Shown: positions 31,321 to 40,461 of the stretch, in pieces | Position numbering within the stretch: the first letter of the stretch is position 1 | How the letters are laid out: every line of letters starts with the position of its first letter | NCBI GenBank assembly: GCA_963716985.1 | Contig: OY970323.1 | Span: 1,632,001 to 1,696,000, forward strand | DNA from: an uncultured bacterium | GTDB taxonomy: Bacteria; Chlamydiota; Chlamydiia; Chlamydiales; SM23-39 | Direction: 5' to 3' | DNA: 64,000 bases | Translations under genes and position numbers: made by a program | Notes under the pieces: model-generated | What the model saw: only the letters and a program-made list of their open reading frames with translations | What the model was told of the DNA's origin: nothing | Databases searched by the model: none

Positions 31321-32232
31321 ATGACAATGATTAAGAGAATTTTTCTCTTTTTGTGTATCAATGTCCTCGTCGTAATGAGCTTGTCGATTCTCTTGAACTT
31401 GCTCGGAGTGCAGCCCTATCTGCAATATTATGGCCTTGATGTAAAACATTTAGCACTCTTCTGTCTTGTATGGGGCATGGGCGGAGCCTTTATTTCTCTC
31501 ATGCTCTCTCGCGTCATGGCAAAATGGCTGATGGGGGTCAAAATCATCGATCCTGAAACCAATAATGCGGAAGAAAAAGCTCTTCTTGAATGCGTACACA
31601 AACTCGCAGACATTGCAGGATTGAACTATCTGCCGCAGGTGGGCATCTACCACTCAAATGAGGTGAATGCCTTTGCAACAGGACCTTCTCAAAAGCGATC
31701 TCTTGTGGCAGTCTCTTCGGGCCTTTTGAATCGCATGGACAAAAGCGACGTTGAAGCTATTTTAGGACACGAGCTCTCCCACGTTGCCAATGGAGACATG
31801 GTGACCATGACCCTTTTGCAAGGAATCGTCAATGCTTTTGTCATGTTTTTAGCCCGCATCATCGCCTTTGCTCTTTCGGGATTGGGAAGGGATCGGCAAA
31901 GCTCCTCTTCCTCCTATGGAAGCTTTCGCATGTTTACCTTCATTTTTGAAATCGTTTTTATGATTTTAGGATCGATGGTGGTCGCTGCTTTTTCAAGATA
32001 TAGAGAATTTCGTGCCGATAAGGGAGGCGCTGTTGTAGCAGGGAAGGAAAAAATGATTTCCGCTCTCAAAACCCTTCGCATCATGCAGGAAATTAAAGAT
32101 TCCCGCCTGAAAGAAGCCCCCTCGCTCGCCGCTTTCAAAATTTCCACTCCTGCAAAACGCGGCTTTCTTACACTTTTTGCCACCCATCCTTCTTTGGAAG
32201 AGCGTATTGCAAGGTTAGAAAGTCTCGAATGA
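31321..32232 (+). CDS. htpX: Zinc metalloprotease HtpX
   Basis: NAFATG, HELSHVANGDMVT, SRYREFRAD, THPSLEERI. Confidence 0.96.
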   Translation: MTMIKRIFLFLCINVLVVMSLSILLNLLGVQPYLQYYGLDVKHLALFCLVWGMGGAFISLMLSRVMAKWLMGVKIIDPETNNAEEKALLECVHKLADIAGLNYLPQVGIYHSNEVNAFATGPSQKRSLVAVSSGLLNRMDKSDVEAILGHELSHVANGDMVTMTLLQGIVNAFVMFLARIIAFALSGLGRDRQSSSSSYGSFRMFTFIFEIVFMILGSMVVAAFSRYREFRADKGGAVVAGKEKMISALKTLRIMQEIKDSRLKEAPSLAAFKISTPAKRGFLTLFATHPSLEERIARLESLE

Positions 32233-33326
32233 AACGGAAAATTGTCGCTGTCGGCATGTCTGGTGGGGTGGATTCTTCTGTCTCTGCACTTCTCTTAAAG
32301 AAAGCAGGGTTTGAAGTGTTTGGCCTTTTTATGAAAAATTGGGAAGAAAAGGATGGGAGCTGCACGAGCGCGGCAGATTTTGAAGATGTGGCAAGGGTCT
32401 GCCATCTCTTAGACATCCCTTACTATACTCTGAACTTTTGCAAAGAGTATCGCGACCATGTTTTTTCTCCATTTTTAGAAGGATATCAAAAAGGTTTTAC
32501 TCCCAACCCCGATATCCTCTGCAACCGCGAAATCAAATTCAACCTCTTCCTCAAAAAGGCAAAAGAGCTGGGCGCCGATTTCTTGGCAACGGGACATTAT
32601 GCTCAAAAAGAAGAAAAAGAGGGGCTTTTTTCTCTTTTGAAAGGTGCAGATCTAGAGAAAGATCAAAGCTATTTCATCTACACATTAAATCAAGAAATTC
32701 TCAAACATGTGCTCTTTCCCGTAGGACACTTAAAAAAAAGCCAGGTGCGCCAAATAGCAAAAGAGAGTGCTCTTCCCAATGCATCCAAAAAGGATAGCGT
32801 GGGGATCTGTTTTATTGGAAAGCGGGATTTTCGCCCCTTTTTAGGGGGATTTATTGGTTTTACTCCCGGCTTTTTCGAAACGCTCGACGGAAAGGTCGTG
32901 GGAAAACACGAGGGAGCCGCCCTTTTTACCATCGGGCAGAGAAAGGGCCTCGCAATCGGCGGCAAGGGAGAGGCCTGGTACGTAGTGGGCAAAGACATGT
33001 CCAGAAATGTTGTTATCGTCGCTCAAGGGGAGAATCATGCGGCCCTTTTTGCCGATCGGCTGACCGCTCATCAGCTCTCATGGGTAGAAGGAAAAGCGCC
33101 CTCCCTTCCCTTTGCCTGCAGCTCCAAAATCCGCTATCGTCAAAAGGACCAAAGCTGCACTCTTGATTGCTTCGAAGAGGGAAGAGCATCCGTCTTTTTT
33201 TCCACCCCGCAAAGAGCCATCACCCGGATGCAGTCGATCGTCTTTTACGAGGGTCAAAAATGTTTAGGCGGTGGCGCGATTCAAGAAGCCGGGCCCTCTT
33301 TCCACGTGCAGAAAAAAGAACTCTAA
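32229..33326 (+). CDS. mnmA: tRNA 2-thiouridylase
   Basis: MSGGVDSS, TPNPDILCN, ATGHYA, KDQSYF, TIGQRKGL. Confidence 0.97.
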   Translation: MKRKIVAVGMSGGVDSSVSALLLKKAGFEVFGLFMKNWEEKDGSCTSAADFEDVARVCHLLDIPYYTLNFCKEYRDHVFSPFLEGYQKGFTPNPDILCNREIKFNLFLKKAKELGADFLATGHYAQKEEKEGLFSLLKGADLEKDQSYFIYTLNQEILKHVLFPVGHLKKSQVRQIAKESALPNASKKDSVGICFIGKRDFRPFLGGFIGFTPGFFETLDGKVVGKHEGAALFTIGQRKGLAIGGKGEAWYVVGKDMSRNVVIVAQGENHAALFADRLTAHQLSWVEGKAPSLPFACSSKIRYRQKDQSCTLDCFEEGRASVFFSTPQRAITRMQSIVFYEGQKCLGGGAIQEAGPSFHVQKKEL

Positions 33327-33343
33327 AATGAGGCAAAGTTTTA

Positions 33344-34693
33344 CTAACAATTTCGGTTTTTTGCAAGCGAGCGCAATAGGTCCTTGGCATTTTCCAAAGC
33401 CACCATCTTGTCTCCCTCCATTTCAAACACTTCATCGGGCTCGATGCTTTTGCATAAGTGCTGCAAACTCTCTCTTTGCAGAATGATGAAGTCTACCTCG
33501 GACAGCGAGGAGAGCAGTTGAACAAACTGCATATCAGGCAAGGGATCTTTGATATAGATCATGAGTTCATGCTGCTCGCGCGATGATAACTCTCGAATCT
33601 TTTGAAAAAGCAACGTCGTCATCCCAAAAGTGCTATCGACGCCAAGGAGGGTCACCTTCCTGTCCAGCAATACTTGCCTTAAAGCAAAGAGATGGTCTTC
33701 ATCGAAAATCTTATTCTCTCCATGCAGCTCCAACATCCTTCTTGCTACATCGCAAAGAGAAACAGAAACACACCCCACGTGTTCTACGGAAATACCGGCG
33801 GCAATATTTGCTAGATGAACCGCATCGGCCATCTCCAACTGGTTGGCGATCGAAAAAACAGCCATGGCAAGAACGGTATCTCCGGCTCCCGTGACATCCT
33901 TGACCTCTTTGGATTTGACGGGAAAATCAAAACGTTTTCTCTTTTGATCAAAACAAGAAATTCCCTTTTCAGAACGGGTGACCATAAGAAGCTCTGCTTT
34001 CGTGATCTCAAGAAGAATATCTGCAACACTTTCTAAGGATTCTGCAGAAGAGATCTTTGCTGCCTCGTAAGCCTCGGAAAGGTTCGGCTTGATAACGGTC
34101 GCGCCTTTATACTTGGAAAAGTCGGTCCCCTTGGGATCAACAATGACCGGAATGCTTCTTCTCTTTGCCTCCCCTATCACAGTTTCGATGAGAGAACAAG
34201 ATAAAAAACCCTTCCCGTAATCGGAGAGGGCCACCACATCGATTGTTTCCAATAACTGGGGAATTTTTGCAATCACCTTCTTTTCTAAAAGCCTCCCAAG
34301 CAACATGATCTTCTCTCGATCCAAGCGCAAAAGCTGCTGGCTCGCAGCAAGAAGACGATTTTTGATCGGAGTGACGTAATCTTCTTCGATAAAAAGATGG
34401 TGCACATCGGCCCCGGCTCTCTGTAAAAAAGAGAGCAATGCCCTTCCCGCTTCATCATTTCCCCTTCTTCCGACGGCAACAACGCTAGCTCCAAGTGCAA
34501 GCAGGTTCAGAGCAACGTTACCGGCGCCTCCGGGGCTCGATTCCTCCGCTTCCACCTTGAGAACTGCCACGGGAGCTTCGGGAGAAATTCTCGATACACT
34601 TCCTTTCGTATACTGATCCAGCATGAAATCCCCGAGAAGAAGGACTCGTATTTCTTTTAATTGATTAAAAATATTGGACAACTGTTTTACCAT
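33344..34693 (-). CDS. hldE: HldE/RfaE heptose-7-phosphate kinase with a degenerate C-terminal domain
   Basis: RISPEAPV, GGAGNVA, LSDYGKG, VDPKG, DVTGAGDT; C-terminal part lacks FDxxHxGH. Confidence 0.85.
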   Translation of the reverse strand: MVKQLSNIFNQLKEIRVLLLGDFMLDQYTKGSVSRISPEAPVAVLKVEAEESSPGGAGNVALNLLALGASVVAVGRRGNDEAGRALLSFLQRAGADVHHLFIEEDYVTPIKNRLLAASQQLLRLDREKIMLLGRLLEKKVIAKIPQLLETIDVVALSDYGKGFLSCSLIETVIGEAKRRSIPVIVDPKGTDFSKYKGATVIKPNLSEAYEAAKISSAESLESVADILLEITKAELLMVTRSEKGISCFDQKRKRFDFPVKSKEVKDVTGAGDTVLAMAVFSIANQLEMADAVHLANIAAGISVEHVGCVSVSLCDVARRMLELHGENKIFDEDHLFALRQVLLDRKVTLLGVDSTFGMTTLLFQKIRELSSREQHELMIYIKDPLPDMQFVQLLSSLSEVDFIILQRESLQHLCKSIEPDEVFEMEGDKMVALENAKDLLRSLAKNRNC

Positions 34694-35676
34694 CGTTCAC
34701 TTCTCATAAGATATTCTTGAACATATTCTTTGACCGATTCTTGGATCTCTCTTGTTTGCGCTTGCGGATGAAGAGCAAAATACTTCTGCATATCCGCGCA
34801 GGTATAATTCTGATATTGGGCGGAGATATTTTCCGGAATGTCAATGTACTCAATGTTGGCCTCTTGATTCATCGCGCCAAAAAGAGCTCGCACCAATGCA
34901 TTCCATGTAACCGCCTTTCCTCTGCCCACGTTGAATATTCCACAAAAGTCATTGTTCAAAAATCCCGCGGTCATTTGCACTGCATCTTTCACATAAATAA
35001 AATCCCGGCATTGTTCGCCATCTTTATAGGAGGAATGATTGGATTTGAACAGACGAACCCTGCCCTCTTTTTTGATTTGAAAAAACATATGGAAGATCAT
35101 CGAGGCCATGCGCTGTTTGTGATATTCGTTGGGGCCAAAAACATTAAAATACTTCAAACCGACGGCCTTCCCGAGCAATTTCTGAGAAGAAAGCCAAAGA
35201 TCGAACAGATGCTTGGAATACCCATACATGTTCAAAGGCCGCAAAGCTTCCAGTTGTGATTCATCATCGGAAAATCCCCTCTTCCCATCTCCATATGTGG
35301 CAGCGGAAGATGCGTAGATGAAGCGAATTTCGTTTTCCAAAGCATATTCTGCAAGCTTCACGGAGTAGCGATAATTATTTTCCAAAAGATAATCCGCATT
35401 GTGTTCCGTGGTATCGGAACAGGCGCCAAGATGAATGATGGCAGAAATTTCTTCTTCTCTTCCTTGCAAAAAACGAAAGAGATCTTCTTTTGAGATCAGG
35501 GCCTCAAACTTCTTGCCGACCAGGTTTTTCCATTTTTCGCCGTTTTTCAGATCATCGACAAGCAACAGGTGAAAATAGTTTTGCTCATTGAGGTATTTGA
35601 CAAGGCAAGAACCGATCAATCCGGCCGCCCCGGTGACGACAATCATCTTCTCCTCACCATTCACGTTTTGCCTCAT
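34687..35676 (-). CDS. hldD: ADP-L-glycero-D-manno-heptose 6-epimerase
   Basis: VTGAAGLIGS, HLGACSDTTE, YASSAATYG, PLNMYGYSK, YFNVFGPNEYHK; ATGA overlap with the ispE stop. Confidence 0.95.
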   Translation of the reverse strand: MRQNVNGEEKMIVVTGAAGLIGSCLVKYLNEQNYFHLLLVDDLKNGEKWKNLVGKKFEALISKEDLFRFLQGREEEISAIIHLGACSDTTEHNADYLLENNYRYSVKLAEYALENEIRFIYASSAATYGDGKRGFSDDESQLEALRPLNMYGYSKHLFDLWLSSQKLLGKAVGLKYFNVFGPNEYHKQRMASMIFHMFFQIKKEGRVRLFKSNHSSYKDGEQCRDFIYVKDAVQMTAGFLNNDFCGIFNVGRGKAVTWNALVRALFGAMNQEANIEYIDIPENISAQYQNYTCADMQKYFALHPQAQTREIQESVKEYVQEYLMRSERW

Positions 35677-36542
35677 GTGGAACAATACCATTTCTTCTCC
35701 TCTCTTTGACAACCCTTAACGGGATGAAAAACAAACCCGGCTAGCTTTTTCTCTCTTGGCTCTCCAAAACAGAAAAAACACGAGCCGCTTCCGGTCATCA
35801 CAACCCGCTCAAATCCCATTTCCAAAAGTTTTTGCTTGACGTCCCGAAGCCTAGGCTCAACAAAAAAAGCAGCAATCTCTAAATCATTGTAATAAGTAGG
35901 GGAATCTTTCCAAAAGGATTTTAAAAGATTTTCCGGACTTTCTTGCGAAAGAAGAGCCAAATTCACAGAACGATAGACCAGTTGCGTCATCATTCCGAAA
36001 GGAGGAACGGCAAGAGTTGCAGAAAGTGAAAAGGGAATCTTTACACTTTGAATCTTTTCCCCTCTTCCGGTGCAATAGGCAGATCCAGGGGAAAAGAAAA
36101 AGGAAACATCAGAACCAATCTCTGCCCCCAAAGAAGCAAGTTCTCCCTCAGTTAACGCATTGCCGCAAAGCTCATTCAACCCCCATAGAGTAGTGGCCGC
36201 ATTGCTGCTTCCCCCCCCTAAGCCCGCCTGAATCGGGATTCTTTTTTCCAGATGGATCTTCGCAAAAAAAGAAAGCTTGGTCTTTTGTCGAAAAAGAAAA
36301 AGAGCGCGTAAAACAGAGTTGGAAGAATAGTTCTCTAATGAATGCTCGTTGGAAGTAAAGGAATCTTTCTCAGAAAGTTCTATAGAGACCTGATCAAAAA
36401 GATCAATCGCCTGATAAAGAGACGCCACCTCGTGATATCCGTCCGGCCTCTTTGCAAGAACCCGGAAGAAAAGGTTGAGTTTTGCAGGAGAGAAAAGCTT
36501 TAACGAAGCAGCGCTAAAGCTTTTCGCTAAAAGAAAGTTCAT
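35673..36542 (-). CDS. ispE: CDP-ME kinase
   Basis: SPAKLNL, KRIPIQAGLGGGSSNAA, GSDV, MTGSGS. Confidence 0.96.
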   Translation of the reverse strand: MNFLLAKSFSAASLKLFSPAKLNLFFRVLAKRPDGYHEVASLYQAIDLFDQVSIELSEKDSFTSNEHSLENYSSNSVLRALFLFRQKTKLSFFAKIHLEKRIPIQAGLGGGSSNAATTLWGLNELCGNALTEGELASLGAEIGSDVSFFFSPGSAYCTGRGEKIQSVKIPFSLSATLAVPPFGMMTQLVYRSVNLALLSQESPENLLKSFWKDSPTYYNDLEIAAFFVEPRLRDVKQKLLEMGFERVVMTGSGSCFFCFGEPREKKLAGFVFHPVKGCQREEKKWYCST

Positions 36543-37021
36543 GCGCCTAGATGAGATGGTTCGACTTTTTCCGCTTCAGCAGCCACTTTTAAATGAATGG
36601 TTACCGTGACCCCCTCTTTGAGCTTCAATAGAACGTCATGCATGCCAAGCTCTTTGATGGGCTTCTTTAGATGAATATTCTTTTTCTCAATAGGAAACTC
36701 TCCTTCCGGAAAAAGAGAAAGAATATCTTGCGCAGATACAGAACCATACATCTTGCCTTCGGGATCTACCTTGACATGGGCCGTCAATGTAATATCTGTC
36801 AAACGGCTGGCCAATTCTTCCGCTTCTTTTTTGTCTAGCACAGCTCTATGAGCTCTTTCTTCTTTGAGCTTTTCCTGCATGCGCAGAGTATGTTTTCCGG
36901 GATGTATTCCTTTTTTTTGAGGAAGAAGGAAATTTCGAGCATAGCCGGTACGTACGGAGACAATCTCTCCGCTTCTTCCTAAATCATCAACATCTGCTAT
37001 TAGTAAAACATTCGTTCTCAT
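36539..37021 (-). CDS. rplI: 50S ribosomal protein L9
   Basis: LGRSGEIVSVRTGYARNFLLP, GKMYGSV. Confidence 0.97.
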   Translation of the reverse strand: MRTNVLLIADVDDLGRSGEIVSVRTGYARNFLLPQKKGIHPGKHTLRMQEKLKEERAHRAVLDKKEAEELASRLTDITLTAHVKVDPEGKMYGSVSAQDILSLFPEGEFPIEKKNIHLKKPIKELGMHDVLLKLKEGVTVTIHLKVAAEAEKVEPSHLGA

Positions 37022-37028
37022 GGCAGCC

Positions 37029-37316
37029 TCAATCTTCGGTTACGAAGGGTAGAAGAGCCATATAGCGGGCTCTTTTAATTGCCTTCTTTAAAATTTGTTG
37101 ATGAAAAAAAGATACGCCCGTAATACGCCTTGGCAAAATCTTTCCTCTTTCCGTAATGAACTGCTTCAAAGTTTCTATGTCTTTATAGTCAATCGCTTTC
37201 ACGTTGGACGCCGTAAAGGGACACTCCTTTTTCTTCTTTACAAATCCCCCTTCCGGCCCGGAAGCGGATGATGGTTTTTTAAAATCAGATGAATATGATG
37301 GTCCTTTTCCAAACAT
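37029..37316 (-). CDS. rpsR: 30S ribosomal protein S18
   Basis: [26 protein letters not shown]. Confidence 0.97.
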   Translation of the reverse strand: MFGKGPSYSSDFKKPSSASGPEGGFVKKKKECPFTASNVKAIDYKDIETLKQFITERGKILPRRITGVSFFHQQILKKAIKRARYMALLPFVTED

Positions 37317-37321
37317 TGCCG

Positions 37322-37669
37322 TTACCTCTCCATGGGTTTGAGTGGTTTGAATTCCAAAGTCTCTAAAATCTTTTCCGTTCGCATCGTCATAAATCGAAGA
37401 AGATCTTCATGAAGCTGATAATCCTTGATCAGTTCTTTATGCTTGAGTGAGGGAAGGGAAAAATAGAGGAGATAGTAAAAGCCTTCTCTCTTGCCTCTGA
37501 TTTCATAAGCGAGGCGTCTTCTTCCTTGATCATGAGTCTTATGGATCTCGCCCCCTCTTTCGACAATGCCGTTTGTGATCTTATCCAAAGCTCTCTTTCT
37601 AGCTTCTTCACTAAGGGTTGCATTAATAATGTACATTCCCTCGTAAAGATACTTTCTTTCTTTTTTCAT
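37322..37669 (-). CDS. rpsF: 30S ribosomal protein S6
   Basis: [30 protein letters not shown] abuts the mobile-element end. Confidence 0.96.
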   Translation of the reverse strand: MKKERKYLYEGMYIINATLSEEARKRALDKITNGIVERGGEIHKTHDQGRRRLAYEIRGKREGFYYLLYFSLPSLKHKELIKDYQLHEDLLRFMTMRTEKILETLEFKPLKPMER

Positions 37670-37738
37670 CCTATTGACAGCGCGGAAACCCACTCCTTTA
37701 GGGGTGGGAGGAAGCACTGCTCCTTTGTTGTTAAGTTT

Positions 37739-37762
37739 AAAAACGGGGGGATTTCTCCCCCC
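37739..37762 (-). terminator. Terminator-like hairpin inside the element
   Basis: GGGGGGA-GAAA-TCCCCCC-G-TTTTT on the minus strand. Confidence 0.55.
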
Positions 37763-38017
37763 TAGCAGTTACCTGCAATCTCCGATTTCCCGGGTAAAGT
37801 TCCCCTCGCCAAAGTTATGGAGCGGTTTATATGTTAGCAGCACTGGTTTAACCCGTAAGCCTGTTTAACCACTAACCGCAGGATCCAGAACTGGGGTGGC
37901 ATTCCGGAGTGCCTATATATTCGCTCCTAACGTAGTCTCTAAATACGCAAGAGACTGAGGCTGGTCAACTTCAGGCCTGATTTCTCAAGCCTTTCCCTTC
38001 AGGGAAGGGTGGTTGAC
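37740..38017 (-). ncRNA. IscB omega-RNA (HEARO) scaffold
   Basis: Hallmark order GTCAAC..GTTGACCAGCCTCAG..CTACGTT..GGCACTCCGGAATGC..CCCAGTTCTGG..TTAAACAG..CAGTGC..AAACC..AACTTTGGCGAGGGGAAC..TTAC, with paired helices AGTCTCT/AGAGACT and GGAGCG/CGCTCC; 3' end approximate. Confidence 0.88.
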
Positions 38018-38036
38018 TCGTCATTCCTCTTTCTAA

Positions 38037-38627
38037 CTAAATTTTTTTACGAGACCTATTGGCTCGATTCATTGCTTGCACAACTCCCTCTCTCAGCCAT
38101 AATGCAATGATCTCTACAGCCTCTTCCAAAATCCATGGAAGCGCTCTTTCCTCATCTTGGCTAAAGGGAGCCAACACATATTCCTCCAAACTTCCCTCTT
38201 CTCGCGGTCCGATGCCTAAGCGAAGCCTCGCATATGCATCACATCCTAAATGCATTTCAACACTTTGCAGACCCTTGTGGCCCCCGCACCCGCTATGTTC
38301 TTTCAGTCGAAATTCCCCAAAAGAGATATCCACATCATCCACAACCACAAGTAGCCGGCTCATCTCGATCTTAAAATAATCCATTCCACATCGGACCGCC
38401 TCCCCGCTCAAGTTCATGTAGGTCTCGGGCACGAGCAGAAAAACATTTTTTTCTTCGATTTTTCCGTTGGCTTGCAATCCCTTCAACTTGGGGGATTTTT
38501 TAAAACTCCAACCCCATTTCTTTGCAAAAGCTCCTACTGCCAGAAACCCCATATTGTGGCGCGTCTTCTCATACTCTTTTCCAGGGTTGCCAAGTCCTAT
38601 AATCAAGTAGTTAGAAGAAATCACCAT
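38037..38627 (-). CDS. pth: Peptidyl-tRNA hydrolase
   Basis: GLGNPG..TRHNMGF, PETYMNLSG, GGHKGL, RLRLGIG. Confidence 0.96.
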   Translation of the reverse strand: MVISSNYLIIGLGNPGKEYEKTRHNMGFLAVGAFAKKWGWSFKKSPKLKGLQANGKIEEKNVFLLVPETYMNLSGEAVRCGMDYFKIEMSRLLVVVDDVDISFGEFRLKEHSGCGGHKGLQSVEMHLGCDAYARLRLGIGPREEGSLEEYVLAPFSQDEERALPWILEEAVEIIALWLREGVVQAMNRANRSRKKI

Positions 38628-38628
38628 C

Positions 38629-39192
38629 TCATGCACGCGGCTTTGTCACAAGAGCAACGACTTCTTGCATCTGTGCTAAGGACTTTACGCCTTTTGGAAG
38701 GACAATGTCTTTGACTCTTTTTGTATGTCCCAATTCTAAATGGGCCACATCGATCTGAAACGCTCCAGGAATGTCCTTTGGCAGACAGCTCACCCTAATC
38801 GATCGCATCGTCTGTCTCAAGAGTCCGCCCACCTTCACGCCAACGCAAGCCTCTTCCCCAACGCATTCGATAGGGACGGCAACTCTAACTTCCTTTTTTG
38901 GGGAAAGTTTTTCAAAATCCAGATGGATCACTTCATAACTCGTCACATCATATTGAATTTCTTTCACGATCGCCGAAAACGTTTCCTTTTCACTTTTCAA
39001 AGTAAACACGGTCGTCGACAAACGTCCCTTTTGCATCTCGTTCAAAATTTTATTAAAATCATGAGCGCTGAGCGAAATATTCTCATTTTCTTGGCCCTTA
39101 GCATAAATGATCGCTGGAATAGATCCTTGAATGCGAAGCTTTTTAATATCGCTTTTACCGGCTCTTTTTCGGTGAAATATTGCAAGTTCCAT
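38629..39192 (-). CDS. rplY: 50S ribosomal protein L25/CTC
   Basis: GSIPAIIY, HLDF, GVKVGG, CLPKDIP; between prs and pth. Confidence 0.94.
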   Translation of the reverse strand: MELAIFHRKRAGKSDIKKLRIQGSIPAIIYAKGQENENISLSAHDFNKILNEMQKGRLSTTVFTLKSEKETFSAIVKEIQYDVTSYEVIHLDFEKLSPKKEVRVAVPIECVGEEACVGVKVGGLLRQTMRSIRVSCLPKDIPGAFQIDVAHLELGHTKRVKDIVLPKGVKSLAQMQEVVALVTKPRA

Positions 39193-39280
39193 TTCTTCTC
39201 CTGCTCTGTTTACTTTACATCGAATGGATTATTTTAAACGTCAGCGCCCTTTTGCGAAAGCAAAAAAGATCTTTTTTTCT

Positions 39281-40222
39281 TCAAAGCTGCCCTCTTTGAT
39301 ACAGAGAGGAAAGAGATTTTGCCTGCACAATGCATTCAATGGCCCCCGCAAACATCGACCCAACCGATAGAATTTCCACATTTTTCGAATGATTTTTATA
39401 TGGGATCGTATTGGTGGTAATAAATTTTTCTATGTCTCGCGACATTTGAGGATTGTCAGAAAAAGGACCGTGAACCACAGCCGCCGCAATCCTTTGCGCC
39501 CCCCTTTTTCTGCATATTTCTGCTGATAATGAAAGAGTTGCACCCGTCGACCAGATATCATCTACAATCACGGCATCTTTGCCCTCCACGTCCCCGATCA
39601 AGGCATTCATCTCCACGCGTTTTTCGTCCAACCGTCTTTTGTCTATGATCGCCACATCCCAGCCAAGCCATTCGGCAACTCTCATAGAAAGTTTTTTACT
39701 CCCCACGTCGGGCGCAACAATCACCCCCTTCCGGAAAGACAATTTTTGAATCCCTTCAGCCAAAAAAGGCAAAGCATGCAGATGGTCGAGTGGAATATCA
39801 AAAAAACCTTGAATCTGATCGGAGTGCAAATCCATCGTCATCACCCTGGTACATCCCGCCCTTTGCAAGAGATCGGCCACCAGTTTTGCTGTAATCGGAA
39901 CACGCCCCTTGTCCTTGCGATCCTGTCTGCCATATCCATAGTAAGGGATCACTGCAACAATGGTTCTTGCCGATGCCCTTTTGAGGGCATCAATCATGAT
40001 GAGCAGCTCCATGAAATAATGGTTGGGCCGCAAAGCAATGGTCTGGATCACGAACACATCTTTATTGCGAACGCTTTCCAGAATCTGTATGCCCGTTTCT
40101 TTGTCGGGATAGGTTTTGATCTGCACTTTTCCAAGGGATTTCCCTAAGACAGCGGCGATTTCCTCAGCCAATGAGGAATGGGAAGAGAGAGAAAAAAGAA
40201 CCGTAGACTCGTTTTGAGTCAT
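39281..40222 (-). CDS. prs: Ribose-phosphate pyrophosphokinase
   Basis: [40 protein letters not shown]. Confidence 0.96.
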   Translation of the reverse strand: MTQNESTVLFSLSSHSSLAEEIAAVLGKSLGKVQIKTYPDKETGIQILESVRNKDVFVIQTIALRPNHYFMELLIMIDALKRASARTIVAVIPYYGYGRQDRKDKGRVPITAKLVADLLQRAGCTRVMTMDLHSDQIQGFFDIPLDHLHALPFLAEGIQKLSFRKGVIVAPDVGSKKLSMRVAEWLGWDVAIIDKRRLDEKRVEMNALIGDVEGKDAVIVDDIWSTGATLSLSAEICRKRGAQRIAAAVVHGPFSDNPQMSRDIEKFITTNTIPYKNHSKNVEILSVGSMFAGAIECIVQAKSLSSLYQRGQL

Positions 40223-40240
40223 AAAAACCGCAAGGGAAAT

Positions 40241-40312
40241 TTGGGGTGGAAGGATTCGAACCTCCGCATGGCGGGACCAAAACCCGCTGCCTTACCGCTT
40301 GGCGACACCCCA
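40241..40312 (-). tRNA. tRNA-Gln (TTG)
   Basis: TGGGGTGTCGCCAAGCGGTAAGGCA GCGGG-TTTTGGT-CCCGC ...GGTTCGAATCC..CACCCCA; no encoded CCA. Confidence 0.96.
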
Positions 40313-40461
40313 ATTTTTATTAAACGGAAACGATAAAATTGTACCTATTCTAACAGGGCACGAGAATTATTTCAAGGATCTCCTCGCTAGTCAAGGCTTT
40401 AGGGATTGCGCAAAAAGGACCTTTCTGTTTTTACTACAAAAAGAAGGAAGAGGAGATTTTT

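Larger units (their letters stand above)
37670..38017 (-). mobile_element. Non-autonomous IS200/605 (IscB/HEARO-type) element, 348 bp, no nuclease or TnpA ORF
   Basis: Terminal hairpins CCCTTCCCTGAAGGGAAAGG and CCCACCCCTAAAGGAGTGGG; boundaries GTCAAC... and ...|ATGAA (TTCAT on +); no TSD; removal rebuilds AGAGGA-7 nt-ATG. Confidence 0.88.

Noticed and set aside
37674..37868. Small ORF inside the pth-rpsF insert as an IscB/TnpA fragment
   Set aside because: No PLMP, RuvC, HNH or HUH motif; it is antisense to the structured RNA.
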